This document shows positions 31,701 through 46,793 of a stretch of DNA of 64,000 nucleotides, piece after piece. The stretch lies in contig JBODTK010000132.1 of NCBI GenBank assembly GCA_050613775.1, forward strand, positions 1 to 64,000. The letters run 5' to 3'. The first letter of the stretch is position 1. Every line of letters starts with the position of its first letter. The stretch comes from Neocallimastix sp. 'constans' (lineage: Eukaryota). The notes under the pieces were generated by a model. It ran no database searches. It was not told the DNA's origin and saw only the letters and a program-made list of their open reading frames with translations. The position numbers and the translations under genes are program-made.

Positions 31701-31997
31701 GATTATTTTTATTATTATTTTATTTTGTTATGTTTCACTTATAGCATTATTATCATTTATAAGTTTTTAAATTATTATAATTATTATAATTCATAGTTTT
31801 ATGTTTTTTTTTTTTTCATTTTATTTATTCATTTATTTTTTTTATTTTATTTATTTTCAATCTTTACTTAGCCTATGAATTTTTAATCTTTGTTTTATTA
31901 TATTTTATTTTAAGTCAAATTTTTTTTTTTTTTTTTTTTTTTATTATTATTTTAAACATTTTCATATAAACAAAATAGTTTGTATGGTTTCAAATAT

Positions 31998-32030
<33 letters not shown>

Positions 32031-33166
32031 TAATTAATATATTTATATACATATTATTATTTGATTATCAATATTGATTTTATTTAATGGAATAAATTGA
32101 ATTTTTAAATAAGCCAATTTAAAACGATATAAAAATAATATATTAAAATCATATGTACACTAAGTCATTTTATATAAGAAATAAAAATTAAAATGGGGAC
32201 ATTTAATATAAATAGTTTATTTTTATTTTTATTTTTTTTTTATTGGTGATATTTACTCATTAATTTATATTTAATATTTTTTTTTTATTTAATATTTTTT
32301 TTTTATTTTATTTATTATTTTATTTTATTTTATTTTGTTTTATTTTATTTTATTTTATTTTTTTTTTATTTTTTTTAAAAAAAATAATAATAAATAAATA
32401 TAAAATAAAAAATTTTAATATAATAATTTAATATAATAATAAAAAAAATAAAAACTTTAATTAGAAAAAAAAAAGTTAATAAATACAATATTAAAAAAAA
32501 TTAAAAAAATTAAAAATAAAAATAGTAATAATAATAATAATAATAAAAAATTAAAAAAAAAAAAAAAAAATAGATTTTTTTTTATTAGTTGATGTTATTT
32601 AATGTTGATTATTGTTGACCATATTTAATTTTTTTTTTTTTTTTTTTTTTTTTAAATCTACTCTCTTTTTATACCATGAATAATGTAATAATAAGTTAGG
32701 AATTAAATATTTATTTTTATATTAAGAGTAATGAAATAATAAGCTGGGAATTAAATATTTATAAGTTAAATAAATCCTATCATTGAATAATTACTAAACT
32801 ATTTATTATTTTATATAAATTTGCAAAAAAAAATTATTATTATTTTTTTTTTTAATTTTTTAAGATTATAATTAAACAAATAAAATACAATGATTCTCAT
32901 TAAAATTGAATTTTTATTAATGGATTAATTTTTAAATATAATACATTTATTCATTTGTAAATTAGATTATAATGATTTTCCTATTAATGAGTAAGCTTTA
33001 AAAACTCTAAATTGAATAATAATAAAAAAAAAAAAATAAAGAGATCATTGATTTTCTTTATCTATTATTTTTTTTTATACATTATACATTAATTTTAGTA
33101 TTATTTATATGCATTACAATAATAATGGGAAATTCATAAATCTTTTTTTTTTTTTTAATAACTATA

Positions 33167-33212
<46 letters not shown>

Positions 33213-34155
33213 GTAAATATTATTATTATTTATTATTATTGTAAATTGGTTTCATATTAGATTTTTTTTTCTATCAAAGACTCTGTATAGTTAATGACTT
33301 ATTATTAATATTAAAGAATAAGTTTTTTTTAATTTTTATTTTTATTTTTATTTTTTTTTTTTTTAATAAAAATAAAACTAAAAAAAAAAAAGTTAATTTT
33401 AACCTATTATAGAAATATTTTTTTTTTTTTTTTTAGACTTTGGAATAATTTAAAGAACATGGGTCAAAAAAAAAAAAAAATAAAATGCATATAAATTTTT
33501 ATTAATTATATATAATTATATATAAATGAATAAATACATAAATAAAAAAAATAGTTATTAATGTTTTGTATTAACATTAAAAAATAAATAAATATAGATA
33601 TTTTTTTTTTCATCATATTTTATTCATTTATTTTAAATTAATTTGCTTATATATAAGTATGTTTTATCTTTCATTACTATATTTATTATGTTTAACAAAA
33701 AAAATTTTTTTCTTTTGAACCACTAAAAATTTAAAAAAAAAAAAAAAAATAAAGAAATAATAAAATAAGTAATAATAAAAAAACTTTTTTTTTTTTATTT
33801 ATATAAATATTTATTGATTTTACTTTTTTCTTAATAAATTTTTATTAATTTTTTATTATTTTATTTATTATTTATTATAAATATATATATATAAAATTTC
33901 ATTTATTTCATCTAATTAATTATCTTAAAATAGTAGTTTATATATAAAGAGGATAGTGGATATTTTTATAATATATTTTTTTTTTTATAATTAATTTTTT
34001 CATGTAGTATGTTTCCATAACATTTTAAATATTCTATTGGTGAGAATTTCATATCTAATTTTTTTTTTTTTTGTAATTATAAATTTTTTATTTTATATTT
34101 TAATTATTATTACTATAACTATATATTTTTACTTTATTTTTATTGATTATTTCTA

Positions 34156-34186
<31 letters not shown>

Positions 34187-36687
34187 TATTTTAAATTTAT
34201 GTTATATACTTTCATTCATTAAATAATACAATTTAAAATATCATTTAATTACAATCACAATTTTTTTTTTATCAAAATAATAAAATAATACTTTTATATA
34301 TATATATTTTTATTGATTTGTTTTAAAGCAATAAAAAAATATATATAAATAGTTTAACCATTATTCATTGCTATTTTTTTTTAATTATTGTTATTATTAT
34401 TGTTAACATTAATTATTTTTTCATGAATATATATATTTTATATTAATAACTTTATCATTTTTATTATATATATATTTTTATATATTTTTTTATTAAAAAA
34501 AAAAATAGATTATTCATTAAAAAAATAAAAATAAAAAAAATCATTCATATTATTTTATTTTAATATTATATTATTGCTCATATGATTCATTATATAATTA
34601 AACAGATTTTTATTTTTTATTTGTTAACTAAAGGATTGGTTTTAAAAATTTAAAAATTTAAAAATTTATATTGTTCCTTTTTTTTTTTATTTTATTTTAT
34701 TATGTAATACCAACATTCTAGCCCAATATTAATTTTAATTTAGTATTGTTGTATTCTACATTTTTTTTTATATATATATTTTATTTTCATTTTAATATCA
34801 AATTATAATTACTTAACTTCATTAATTGATTATCTATTATTTATTATTTAATATTTATTATAAATCATTTAATATTTAATATTTAATATTTTACTATTTA
34901 TTATTTATTATTCATTATTTATTAGTTTACATAATTTAATTTATCTTTTATAATTATTAAAATTTTATATATAATAAAATTAAAATAATATTTTTTTTTA
35001 TTTTTTATTATATTTTATCTTAATTTATTATTACATCTTTTACAAAAAAAAAAAAAAAATTATTTGTTGATTAATAAGATGGACATTTCCTTTTATGGTT
35101 AAAATTGTTTCATATAACAAGATGATAAATTAATATATATTTATTAATTAATTTTTTTTATTTTAGATTTTAATTTTTATTGTAATGAAAATCATTTAAT
35201 TAATAAATTAAATCATTAATTAATTATTGATTAAACTTTTTTTATTAATTTATAATTTAAATTAAAAATTATAATTTTAAAATTTATTAAAATTTTAAAA
35301 AATATTTATATTAAAACTTTATCGATTAAAAAAATAAAATATAATTTAAATCAAAATCTATTAGTGGTATATTAGATTATAAAAAATATATAAATATTAT
35401 TTTAATCTAATATATAATTATATATATTTTTAAATTTTTAAAAATATATAGAAAAATATATGAATATAGTACTGAACCAACAAAACAAATATATATAATA
35501 TTAATATTATTTGAATAAATGTTTAATATATTAATAGTTATATACCAATAATATTTAATATATTGTATTCACATATTCAAATATATTAGTTTGTGTAATG
35601 TGTAAAATAATATTTTTATACTTTTTTTTTTTTAGTAAAAAAATTCTTGTAATAATCAGTAAATAAAAATATAAAAAATATAAAAAAAATAAAAAATAAA
35701 AACACTCCCATTAGTCACCTCTTTTTAATAACTAATTTAAATTTAAATTAAAAAAAAAAAAAAGAAAAAACTTTTTTTTTTGTATTCTTTTGTAAATCGT
35801 TAATCATTAATTCCTTTAAAAAAAAAATAATAAAAATAAAAAATTTAGTAATAATCATTATAAATAGGGAAAAAATAATAAAAAAGGAATACACTGGTAG
35901 GATGGTGGTAATACTTTAGGATATATATATATTTATTTATTTATTTAAATTTTTTTATTTTTAAATTAAAATTAAATCCATTTAATTATAAAAAATATTA
36001 TATATATATATAAATATTAATTTTTTTTTTTTTAAAGAGGATACTTTATATTAAAAATATATATATTTCATTTTATTATATATTATATCTCATTATTATA
36101 TCCTATATATATATCTATTTATATAAGTTTTATATTTTTTATTTTAATTTTTTTTTATTTAAAAACTATTAAAATAGTAGAATTTTTTTTTTTTTAAAAA
36201 AAAAGATACTAAATAATAAATATTAATTCATCATATTATGATAATAATTAATATAGTCTATAAATTAATTCCTCATTTTTATTTTTATATTGATGAAAAA
36301 AAAATTGATAATGATTCTATTAAAATTAATAGTAATATAATAATAATAATAATAATTATAATTATAAATGTAATAATAATAATAATTATTATAAAAAAAA
36401 TATTAAAAAAAAATAATTAATATGAAAGCAATGATGAGAGTAAAATTAGTCATAAGAACTATATATATATATGTAATAATAGATATTATATTGTAATTAA
36501 TAATTTAAATAAAATATATATTATCACTGTATTATTTTATTAATATCATATATATAAAAAAAAAAGATTGAAATTCATTCATCTAATAAACATCTAATAA
36601 ATATATTAATATTATATAATTAATAATTAATAATTAATAATTAATAATTAATAATTAATGATTAATAATTAATAATTATATATTTTA

Positions 36688-36728
<41 letters not shown>

Positions 36729-37001
36729 ATTTTTAATTTTTTTTTTTAAATTACTTTTTTTATTTTAATTAATATATAAAGTTTTAGATTTTTTTATTTT
36801 TTCAAACATTAATTTCTAATTTCCTATGATTATCCATTTTGATATTCCTATTGTATAAAAAATAAAATAAAATTAACTAAAATAAAAATATTAATAAAAA
36901 TATATAAAAAAAAATATACTAATAAAAATATAATAAAAAAAAAAAAAACATAAAAATATTAATATTTAACAACAAGAAAATTTTGAATAATATTAAAAAA
37001 G

Positions 37002-37069
37002 TTTAAGGGAGAGACTGGAGAAAGGTTCTATTGTCCTCCCCACTTGCTAATCCCAATCTTAAAAAAAAA
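37002..37069 (+). mobile_element. Short 3'-end copy of the poly(A)-tailed retroposon
   Basis: TTTAAGGGAGAGACTGGAGAAAGGTTCTATTGTCCTCCCCACTTGCTAATCCCAATCTT-A9 matches 58361-58431 (TTTAAGGGAGAGACTAGAGGCCCAATTATCCTCCCCTCTCGTTAATCCCAATCT-A17). Confidence 0.75.
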
Positions 37070-37153
37070 TTTTTTTTAAAGCATAAAGATCAACCTTAAC
37101 TGTATTTTTATTTATTTATATTTATTCCATTCTTATAAATAATAATACAATAC

Positions 37154-37188
<35 letters not shown>

Positions 37189-37704
37189 ATATAATAATAA
37201 TAAAAAAAAAAAAACACCAACAAAAACAAAAATATTATAAAATTTAATATATAATAAAGTTTAATACAATATAAATTATTTAAACGCTTCATAATCAATA
37301 AAGTTTAATACTCTATAAATTATTTAAGTACTTTATTATCAATAAAGTTTAATCTATAATTAAATAAAATAATAATTAAAGTTTAAGGGATAATCCTATT
37401 CAATATATTCATATATATATATAAAAAATATAAAAATTCAAGAATCAAAAAAAAAAAAAAAAAAAAAAAAAAAATTCAAAATAATATTTATTTTAAGGTA
37501 TTTTAAAAACTTTTCATTATTTATATTTATATAATTTTTTTTTTTTAAATAAATAATTATATAATTAATACTTTTATTAAATGAGCCCATATTATTTATT
37601 AATTAAATAAATAAAATATTAATTTTATTTTTTATTATTATTAATAATATTATTTGTACCTATTTTTGTTTTATATTCTTTATAATAGATAATAACAGTG
37701 ATTG

Positions 37705-37735
<31 letters not shown>

Positions 37736-37949
37736 TAATAATAAAGGATAGAAAGTATGATCCATTTAAATTTGAAAATTTTAGTGTATTATTAGTAAAA
37801 AAAAAAAAAAGTATTATATTAAGGGAATACTATTTAATTTATTTTATAAAGATTTCATTCATGATAAATATAATAAATATATTATTAATAATTTCTTATT
37901 TAATATATATTTGATTTTATACTAATACTCCTTTTTAATAATAATAATA

Positions 37950-37988
<39 letters not shown>

Positions 37989-40900
37989 AAGGAAATTAAA
38001 AATAAACTATTTCAAAAGTTAATTTAGACCATGAAAAAATTATTTTTTGTTTTATTATAATATATATATATATTTTTTTAAACAATTGCTCTAATGATCT
38101 AAAACTTTAATATTAAATGATGTATTCATAATAAGTGTAAATGCATAGCTTATAATTATTATTACTATTATCATAAAAATATGAAGAGTTTTGTTTCATA
38201 ATTTTATTATACGACTTAACTCCCGGATGGATATAAATAATTTTTTTTTTTTTTTTTAGGAAAACAATAAAAAAAAAAAAAAATTCTCCTTTAATTTCAA
38301 TATAGAAAATTAATAAAAATAAGTCATCCAAATATAGATATATTAAAACCTTTTTTATATATTTATTTTTATTAATTTTTATCTTTATTTTATTAATTTT
38401 TATATTTATTTTATTAATTTTTATATTTATTTTATTTATTTATATTTATTTTATTAATTTATTTATTTATTTTATTTATTTTTTATATTTATTTATTTAT
38501 TTATTTTATTTAATTTTTATATTTATTTATTTATTTTATTTAATTTTTATATTTATTTTATTATTATTTTTTATTTAATTTTTATATTTATTTATTTATT
38601 TTATTTATTTTATTCATTTATAATATTTATTTACTCATTTTTCCTTTCATTTTATTTCTAACCATTAAATAATTTAATTATAAAAAAAGAATTATGATTT
38701 ATTTTATTTCGATAGGTTAATATTAAGATTTTTTTTCTTCCTCATCTATTTTATTGTTATAAATGATGTAATTAAAAATACTTAATATCTTTTATTTTTT
38801 TTTTTTAATGTATTATTAAAAGCTTTAACTGTTTTATTTAAAAAAAAATATTATATTATATTATATTATATTTTATTTCATTTTAAGGTTTATTTTTATG
38901 TTTATTTTTTTATTTAATTTTTATGTTTTTTTTTTTTTTTTTTTTTTACTTCAGAAAATACTATAAATAACTATATTTAGATATAAATTGTAAGAAAAAA
39001 AACAAAAACAAAAACAAAATCATCATATTCATATATAAAACCATTAATTAAAAACTTTAAAATTCGATTCATTTTAAATATATATAAGCCTACAAATATA
39101 AAACAAATTATAATCTATAGTATTTTTGTTATTTTATTATTATCATATATTATTAGTATTTTTTTGATTCTATCTATTTATCTATATTATATATATATTT
39201 TATTAATTATCATTTTTTTTTCCGAAGCAATACTTTAATTACTAATATTATTTAATGTCAAAGTGAAACATGTAATTTTCTTTTTTTCTTTTATTCCTAT
39301 ATATAATGAAAATTTCTTGACATTATATGACGATCATCTCCGATTTTTTTTTTTTTTTTCATTTATATTATTTTCTTGGAATTTACTCTTATATCTTAAT
39401 AATAATAATTATATAATAATAATTAAAAAAAAAAAATAAAAAAAGCTTTATAAATAATACTTTAAATGTTTTTTTTTTTTATAAATCAATTTATTGTATT
39501 TATCATATGAATTTATTAATATAATTATTTATACTTTTTTTATTTATTTAATTACTTAATTTTTTTTTTTTTTTTTAGCTAAATAAAGAAAAAAAAATTG
39601 TTAAAAATTAATTAATTATTTAAATAATAAAATAAATAAATAAAAATAAAATTTTTTTTTAAAAAAAAATACTTTTTATTTATTTATTAGGTGTATATTT
39701 TTATTATTTTTTTTTTTTTTTATAACAAATTAATTAAAAAAAGAAAACAATTTTTATTATTATTCTGAGGATGGATTATGAATAGTTTTAAAATTTAAAA
39801 TTATATTAAACTTTATTTATTATAAATTACTGTCGTAATCTGTGTTATAAAACCTTATTTTTTATTAGTTTTTCCCTTGCATTGTTTTCACTAAACTATT
39901 TATCCAAACACAAATATATTAAAAAAGTTTAATTATTAATAAAAATATAATATATACATAATATACAATAGATATAGTATAATATATTAAGAATATTACA
40001 TTTTATTATATATTATTTATAATGAATATTTAAATTTTCTTAGTAAATATCCATAATATATAATAAGATAAGAAAGAGGATGGAGTTAAAAATAATTATA
40101 AAAAAAAAAAAAAATTAAATAAATAAAAAATTATATAAAAAAAAGTTTAATAATAAAAAAAAATACAAACAGGTCTCGGAATGGTAAATATGTAACATTA
40201 CCATATTCTATGTAATATAACATATTATAATATAACATGTTTATATTCTATAATAACAAAATTATCAATCACAAATTATTAATCATTAATCACTAAATAG
40301 TATAAATGTATAAATTTTATTTATTTCATTTATTTATTTATTAATTATATTATTATACACTCTAATAAATTTATATTTTGATTTTAATCCTTTGATGTAA
40401 TTTTTTTTTGATATGTGTGTATGTTAATTATAATTAAAAATATTCTTTTAATTTTTTTTTATTCACTTTAGTTCTAATAATATTAATATTTTCGTATTTA
40501 ATAATTAATAATTATAGATTTAACTTCAAATCCATTAACCTTTTTTTTTTTTTTATTTATAAAAAAAAAAATACTTCACAAAATTTATTATTTAGATTTT
40601 TCTATGAAATTTTTTTAATTTCCACAACTACTATAAAAGATAAATAATAATTAATAATTAATTAAATTTTAAAATTTTAGACATATATTATAGATATAAA
40701 ATGATTTTTTGTACCACATTGATTTAAATATTTATACTAGAACTTTTTTTTGTATACATATATAATAAATAAATAAATCAATCAATAAAATTTTTTTAAA
40801 CTAAATTATAATAAATTATATATAATAATAGTATAAAAAAAAAAAATTAAATTATTATACATTATATTATCTCATATGAATTATAGTATAAAATTGTTTA

Positions 40901-41976
40901 TAGGTAGTTAAATTATTTTTATATAATCTAAATAAAATATTTTACTAATAAGATTTTGACATAGTATTTGACGAATTACTAAAAGGATTATATGATTTAA
41001 GAAACGAATAAAAATAATTTTTGTTATTTTATATTTTTTAAAATATAATATATATATCTTTATATTTATGTTAATTAATTATTTAATTGTTAGTAGTAAA
41101 TTATTTTGGTATACTTTTTTTAATTACCATCTAGATCTTAAAGATATTAAAGACATAAATCATAATTAAAATACAAATTAACTTTTCTATTTTATTTTTT
41201 TTTATATTATTTTTTATTTTTATTTTATTTTTAATTTAACACCTGTTTTTTTTTTATTTTTATTTTTATTGATTTAGTTGAAATACAAATTTTAAATTTT
41301 ATAGGTTTATATTAATTAATTCTATTTTTAGTAGCAAATAATTCAGTAAAATAAAAATAAAAATAAAAATAATCATAAAAAAAAAAAAGACAGCTTCTTA
41401 TTTGTATTTTATCATAAAAATTTATATTATATAAAGTTATGAATATATTTATATATACATATATATATTTGGATAGAGTTTAGCCCGTGATAATTTGTAT
41501 TAATTTTTTTTTTCTTTTATTGTTTTTGTTTTTTATTTCATATGTTTTTTTTTTTTATTTTTTTTTTATTTTTATTTTTTTTTAAAAAAAAAGAAAATAA
41601 TAGGAAATAAATAAAGATTATAAAAATTAATGAAATATTTATTTATTTCATTTATTTTTAAAAATAACTATTTAATGAAAATAATAATCAAATTCTCAAT
41701 ATTCAATTATATTTATATATTATTATTATTTTTTTGTTCATTGTTCATATTATTATGGATTAAAAGATATGCTAATGATTTACACCCACAATTACTATTT
41801 AAGTAAATCAACAAAACAAATAAACAAAGGTAAAAAAAAAAAAAAAAGAAATAGTTGAAACCTAATTATTTATTATTTAATTCATTTAAATACATTAATT
41901 ATCAAATAAATAATAATAAACAAATAAGAAAATAATAAAAATTTAACTTTTTTCATTATTTTTATTTTATTATATA

Positions 41977-42007
<31 letters not shown>

Positions 42008-45000
42008 TTATTATTATTATTATTATTATTTTTTTTTAATTGAATTATATTTCAATGTTATTTTTTAATTTATTATTACACTACTTATTATCTATGGCTA
42101 TTACGAAATCTTTAGAATAGGAAAAAGATTAACCATTCTTAATAAGCTTAAAAAAAAATTTTATTTATTCAATAAATAAATAAATAATAATAATAATAAT
42201 AATAATAAAAGGAATAGAGATAGTTTGTGTAAAGTGTATATATTTTATTTTTATTAATAATATATAATTATTAAAGTTTTAATAGTTCCCTTCTATAAGT
42301 AATAAACTTTTTTTTTTTTTTATTTTAAGAAATTTATAAAAGTATTTTCATCAAAATCCTTTATAATAAAATAAAATATATAAAAATATATATATATATT
42401 TAAATAATTATTATTTTTCAAATCCATTTTTTTTTTTTTTGAATTTCATTTTTTGTCCTGTATTATTAATATATATAAATATGTATATAAAAATAATCAA
42501 TAAATTAATTTATAATATATTAATTTTAAAAATGAATTGTGGTTATACAAAGGTCATACTTTTTTTGTATAAATATTAATAAATGTGTATATTGTTTAAA
42601 CGAAAAATTATAAAAAATAAGATTATCATAATACAAAAAAAAAAAAAAAAAATTAAAATTAAAATTAAAATATTATAATTATATATAATTCTATCTATAA
42701 TATAATTTTTATTTCACTAATTAAGGTTTTAATATATATAAGTAAAAAAAAAAAAGATATTGGTTTCATTATATTAATTATATATTTATTACTTAATAAA
42801 GTTTTTTTTTATTATTTATATTAATTATATTAATTTAATTTTCAATTTATACAATAGATTATCCATTTTATTTTATTTCATTTTGATATTATTGACTATT
42901 TATTCGTTGCATATTGATATATAATATAATATATATTATTTAATAAATATATTATATAATATATTATATTGTAATCTATTATTAAAATTTAATTATAATT
43001 TATATATTCAACAAATATATTATAATATAAAATATAATATATTAATATATAAAAAGTATTATAAATTAATTTAATATTATTTAATTTTATTGAGTCTATG
43101 TATTAAATATATATCATTTAAGTATACATAATATTTATTTGTAATATGTATTAATATATTATAATATAATAAATTATGTGTAATATACATATTGAAATAT
43201 ATTAAATGTATTTAAAGGTTTAAACGTTTTTTATTCAGTTGATGTATTTTAATAAATTATTATAATGTAAATATATTATTATATATATTTATAATAAATT
43301 TATAAATAGATTAAAGTATTATAAGGATTCAAAAGAAATAGTTTGGCTATAAAATTTAGAGTACTATATTAATATATGTATTAATTAGTATTATATTATT
43401 AAATAAATTATTAATTAATGTTACATTGTTAAAATATTATTAAATTTGTACGACTTAAAATCCATAAATCTTAAAATTATTTATTTTTTTTTTAATAAAA
43501 TATATATATATAAAATATATTTTTATTATAATAAATTTTTAAATTTCAATATATTCATATTATATTAAATTATTTATTTAAAAAAATAAATAGATAAATT
43601 ATTAATTTCTAAATCAACAATTTTATTTAATATATTTTAGTTAATAATATATTTATTAATTATATAGTAAATTTGTTAATAAATATAATCTAATTTTATA
43701 TTATTATATTATTATTTTATTATATTAAACTATTATTCCTTCTGAAAAATAAATAGATAAATTAATAATTTCTAAATCAAAAATTTTATTAAATATCTTT
43801 TTTTTTTATTATATATTATAAATTTTTTTTATTAATAAACTAATTTGAAGATATTTATTATTAATAATTAATATATATATATTTTTTAAATAATTATTAT
43901 TCATTTGATTTATATGATTATTTGAATTATAATTAAAAAAAAAAAAAAAACAATATATTATATAAAAATTAATATAATAATAATTAAAATAAAAAGAAAT
44001 GAGTATAAAAGGAAACGAAAATTTCCTTTAATTTTTTAGTTTTTCAATTTCAGTTTTTTATAATTTTATTTTATTAATAATTTATATTATATTTATATAT
44101 ATGTATTAATATTATTTCATTATTTTTTATTTTTTTTTAAAAAAAATATAAAATAATAATCGTATAATAATTATTTAAGAAAAGATACACATATACTTTA
44201 AAAAAAAAAAAAAAAATAAGAATAGAAAAGATAGATAGAAAAAAAAGATAAAAAGAAAAAGATAGTTTTTTTTTTTTAATTGAAAAAAAATAATACATTT
44301 TAAGATAAAAATACTTCCCTTGATAATTAAAATAAAATAATAATAATAAAAAAAAAAAAAAAAGAAAAGAAACATTGAAAAGAACTTTTATATAAAAATT
44401 TTAAATTAATAGTTAATATAAAAGTTTTAATATTTTTTTTAGTAATAATAATTAGAATATGCATAAAAAATAGCTTAGAAATAAAAATAACCCAATAAAC
44501 CTTCAACATAGCAACAATTAAGAATAATAATAATAAAAAAAAATTTAATGAAAAGAATAAATTTAAAAAAAAAATAAAATAAAAAAAAAAATATTAATTA
44601 GAAATATATAAAATTAATATTATTTAAACCCCCCAAAAAACATATATATAAATATTATTTTTTAAAAAAAATATATATTATTATTTATTACAAAAATTAT
44701 AAAAAAAAATATTTAATATCAATATTTTTATTTAACCTTTTTTTTTATTATAATAAAAAAATAATTTAAGAAAGAAAGAAAAAAGATAATAAAATAATAA
44801 TATATATATATATATAATATTAAAAATAAAATATTAATTATAATTAAACGTTTTAAATTTAATATTATATATATATAAATAATTTATATTTAAAAAGAAT
44901 ATTTTTACTATTTCTTATCAGAGAAAAAAAGAAAATTAAAAAAGAAAAAAAAAAAGTGAATTTTTTTTAAAATTAATTTAAGATAATAATAATAATTAAA

Positions 45001-45044
45001 TAAAAAATATATTTATATAATTTTTTTTTTTTTTTTGAAATATT

Positions 45045-46793
45045 ATGTCATCTGTATATCAACTTCCTTCCCCACCAACTCAAGTTAGTCAATTACCAAA
45101 TAACGGAATGGCTAAGCCAGCAAATAGTCAAATTTCTACTCCAAAGGAAAAAATGGTTTCTAATATAAAAACTACTACTTCTACGGTAACTACTAATGGT
45201 CAACCAGTTCAAGTGAACTCTAAAACTGCTGTTAGTGGTGGTGCCTCACAAAAGGTAGTCACTAAGAGAAAGAGTGGTTACCTATATAATCCTTTAAAAA
45301 TTGATACCTCTGTTGTCAGTAAAAGTACTCCAGTATCTCCAACTTCACAATCCTCCTCTCCACAACCTCTTTCTGCCTCATCTACTCAATCTCCTCGTCC
45401 AAAATCTTCTTCAAATAACACCTTTGTTCATAAACTTTATCAAATGTTATCGGATCCAAAACAATCTAATTTCATAAAATGGAATGATACTGGTTTATCT
45501 TTCACTATTAGAAATGTACAAGGTTTTTCTCATAATGTTTTACCTCTTCATTTCCGTCATAATAATTTCTCTAGTTTTGTACGTCAATTAAATATGTACG
45601 GTTTCCATAAGGTAAATAAGTCTACCCCAAGTACTAAAGGTAGTGACAATCAAGTTTGGGAATTCTTCCATCCAAAATTTATTAGAGATAAGCCTCATCT
45701 TATTGAAGAAATTAAGAGAAAACAAATTGAAAATGAAAATTGGCGTTCTAACGCTATCTTACAAGACCAAGGTAGAATGAACTTTGCTCGTCATAATTCT
45801 TTCTATGGAAAAAATGGTACTTTAGCTACTAAGCGTTCCTCTTCAACTTTAGTTACCACTTCTAGTACTCTTAGTAATGCTGTAACTGTTCCCCCTACCA
45901 TTCCTTCTCAAAATTCACAAATAGTTAGTGCTCCAGAAGTTACCGGTCCAAGTCAACCTGTATTTATACAATCTTCTGAAGGTATACCAGCTAATACTAT
46001 GGCTACCGTCAGTGTAACTTCTAGTGGTGAAACTGTCCTCATTGATCCAGGTATGTCCATGGTTCAATCTGTTCCAGTTGGTGCCCCTGGTCCATATGGT
46101 GTCATTCAAGTACCATCTCAAAATATTTCCTACAGTGGTAATGATGTCACTGCTGCTACCTCTGCCACTAGTACCCCAATTCCACAAGCGATCACTATGG
46201 GTAATATGATGCAACAAAATCCACATGCTATGGTAGATCCAAACCATGTCGTTATGAATGGTCCTAATGTTCATCCAGAAGTTCCACAACCAGTTGCCTC
46301 TCAACCTGCTCCATTAGAAGGTGATGTCTACTACAATATTCACCTTTTACAAATGCAAAATCAAGATATAAGTCAACGATTAAATGATTTACAAATGAAC
46401 GTTAATAACCTTATGAATACTTATTCTAGAAGAATGGATATGCAACAAAGTATTATTCAACAACTTATGAATTCTGCTCAACAACAACAAATGGGTAATG
46501 TGACTACAGTTTGTTCTGTTGATCAAGGTCAAGCTGTCGTTGCTAATAATAATAATCCAGTCATGACTCAAGGTGGTATGGTTACTCCATCTCCAATTGC
46601 TCATCATCAAATGATGGTTCAACAAAATGGTTACCCTCAACAACAACAACAACAACAACCAACAGCTTCACCAGAACAAAAAATTATAAACCAAAATCAA
46701 TCTATGAATGGTACTCCATTAATAAATCAAGAAAATATTGATTCATATCCAATAAATGGTGTTGGTTATCCAGCTCAAGCCATTTACTATTAA
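45045..46793 (+). CDS. HSF-type DNA-binding domain transcription factor (582 aa, single exon; Sfl1/Hsf-like, no receiver domain)
   Basis: Long ORF with coding-like GC content. The HSF winged-helix motifs are FVHKLYQML..IKW...G.SF, LPLHFRHNNFSSFVRQLNMYGFHKV and WEFFHPKFIRDKPHLIEEIKRK (about 45423-45722). A heptad coiled-coil lies at about 46329-46470, and the flanks are S/T/P/Q-rich and probably disordered. Confidence 0.95.
   Translation: MSSVYQLPSPPTQVSQLPNNGMAKPANSQISTPKEKMVSNIKTTTSTVTTNGQPVQVNSKTAVSGGASQKVVTKRKSGYLYNPLKIDTSVVSKSTPVSPTSQSSSPQPLSASSTQSPRPKSSSNNTFVHKLYQMLSDPKQSNFIKWNDTGLSFTIRNVQGFSHNVLPLHFRHNNFSSFVRQLNMYGFHKVNKSTPSTKGSDNQVWEFFHPKFIRDKPHLIEEIKRKQIENENWRSNAILQDQGRMNFARHNSFYGKNGTLATKRSSSTLVTTSSTLSNAVTVPPTIPSQNSQIVSAPEVTGPSQPVFIQSSEGIPANTMATVSVTSSGETVLIDPGMSMVQSVPVGAPGPYGVIQVPSQNISYSGNDVTAATSATSTPIPQAITMGNMMQQNPHAMVDPNHVVMNGPNVHPEVPQPVASQPAPLEGDVYYNIHLLQMQNQDISQRLNDLQMNVNNLMNTYSRRMDMQQSIIQQLMNSAQQQQMGNVTTVCSVDQGQAVVANNNNPVMTQGGMVTPSPIAHHQMMVQQNGYPQQQQQQQPTASPEQKIINQNQSMNGTPLINQENIDSYPINGVGYPAQAIYY

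Noticed and set aside
4841..44509. Numerous 60-72 aa ORFs in the desert
   Set aside because: They consist of F/Y/I/K/N runs from homopolymers and triplet repeats, with no domain signal.
45915..46658. Antisense and overlapping ORFs in the HSF gene
   Set aside because: They are shadow ORFs of a real CDS and have no recognisable motifs.
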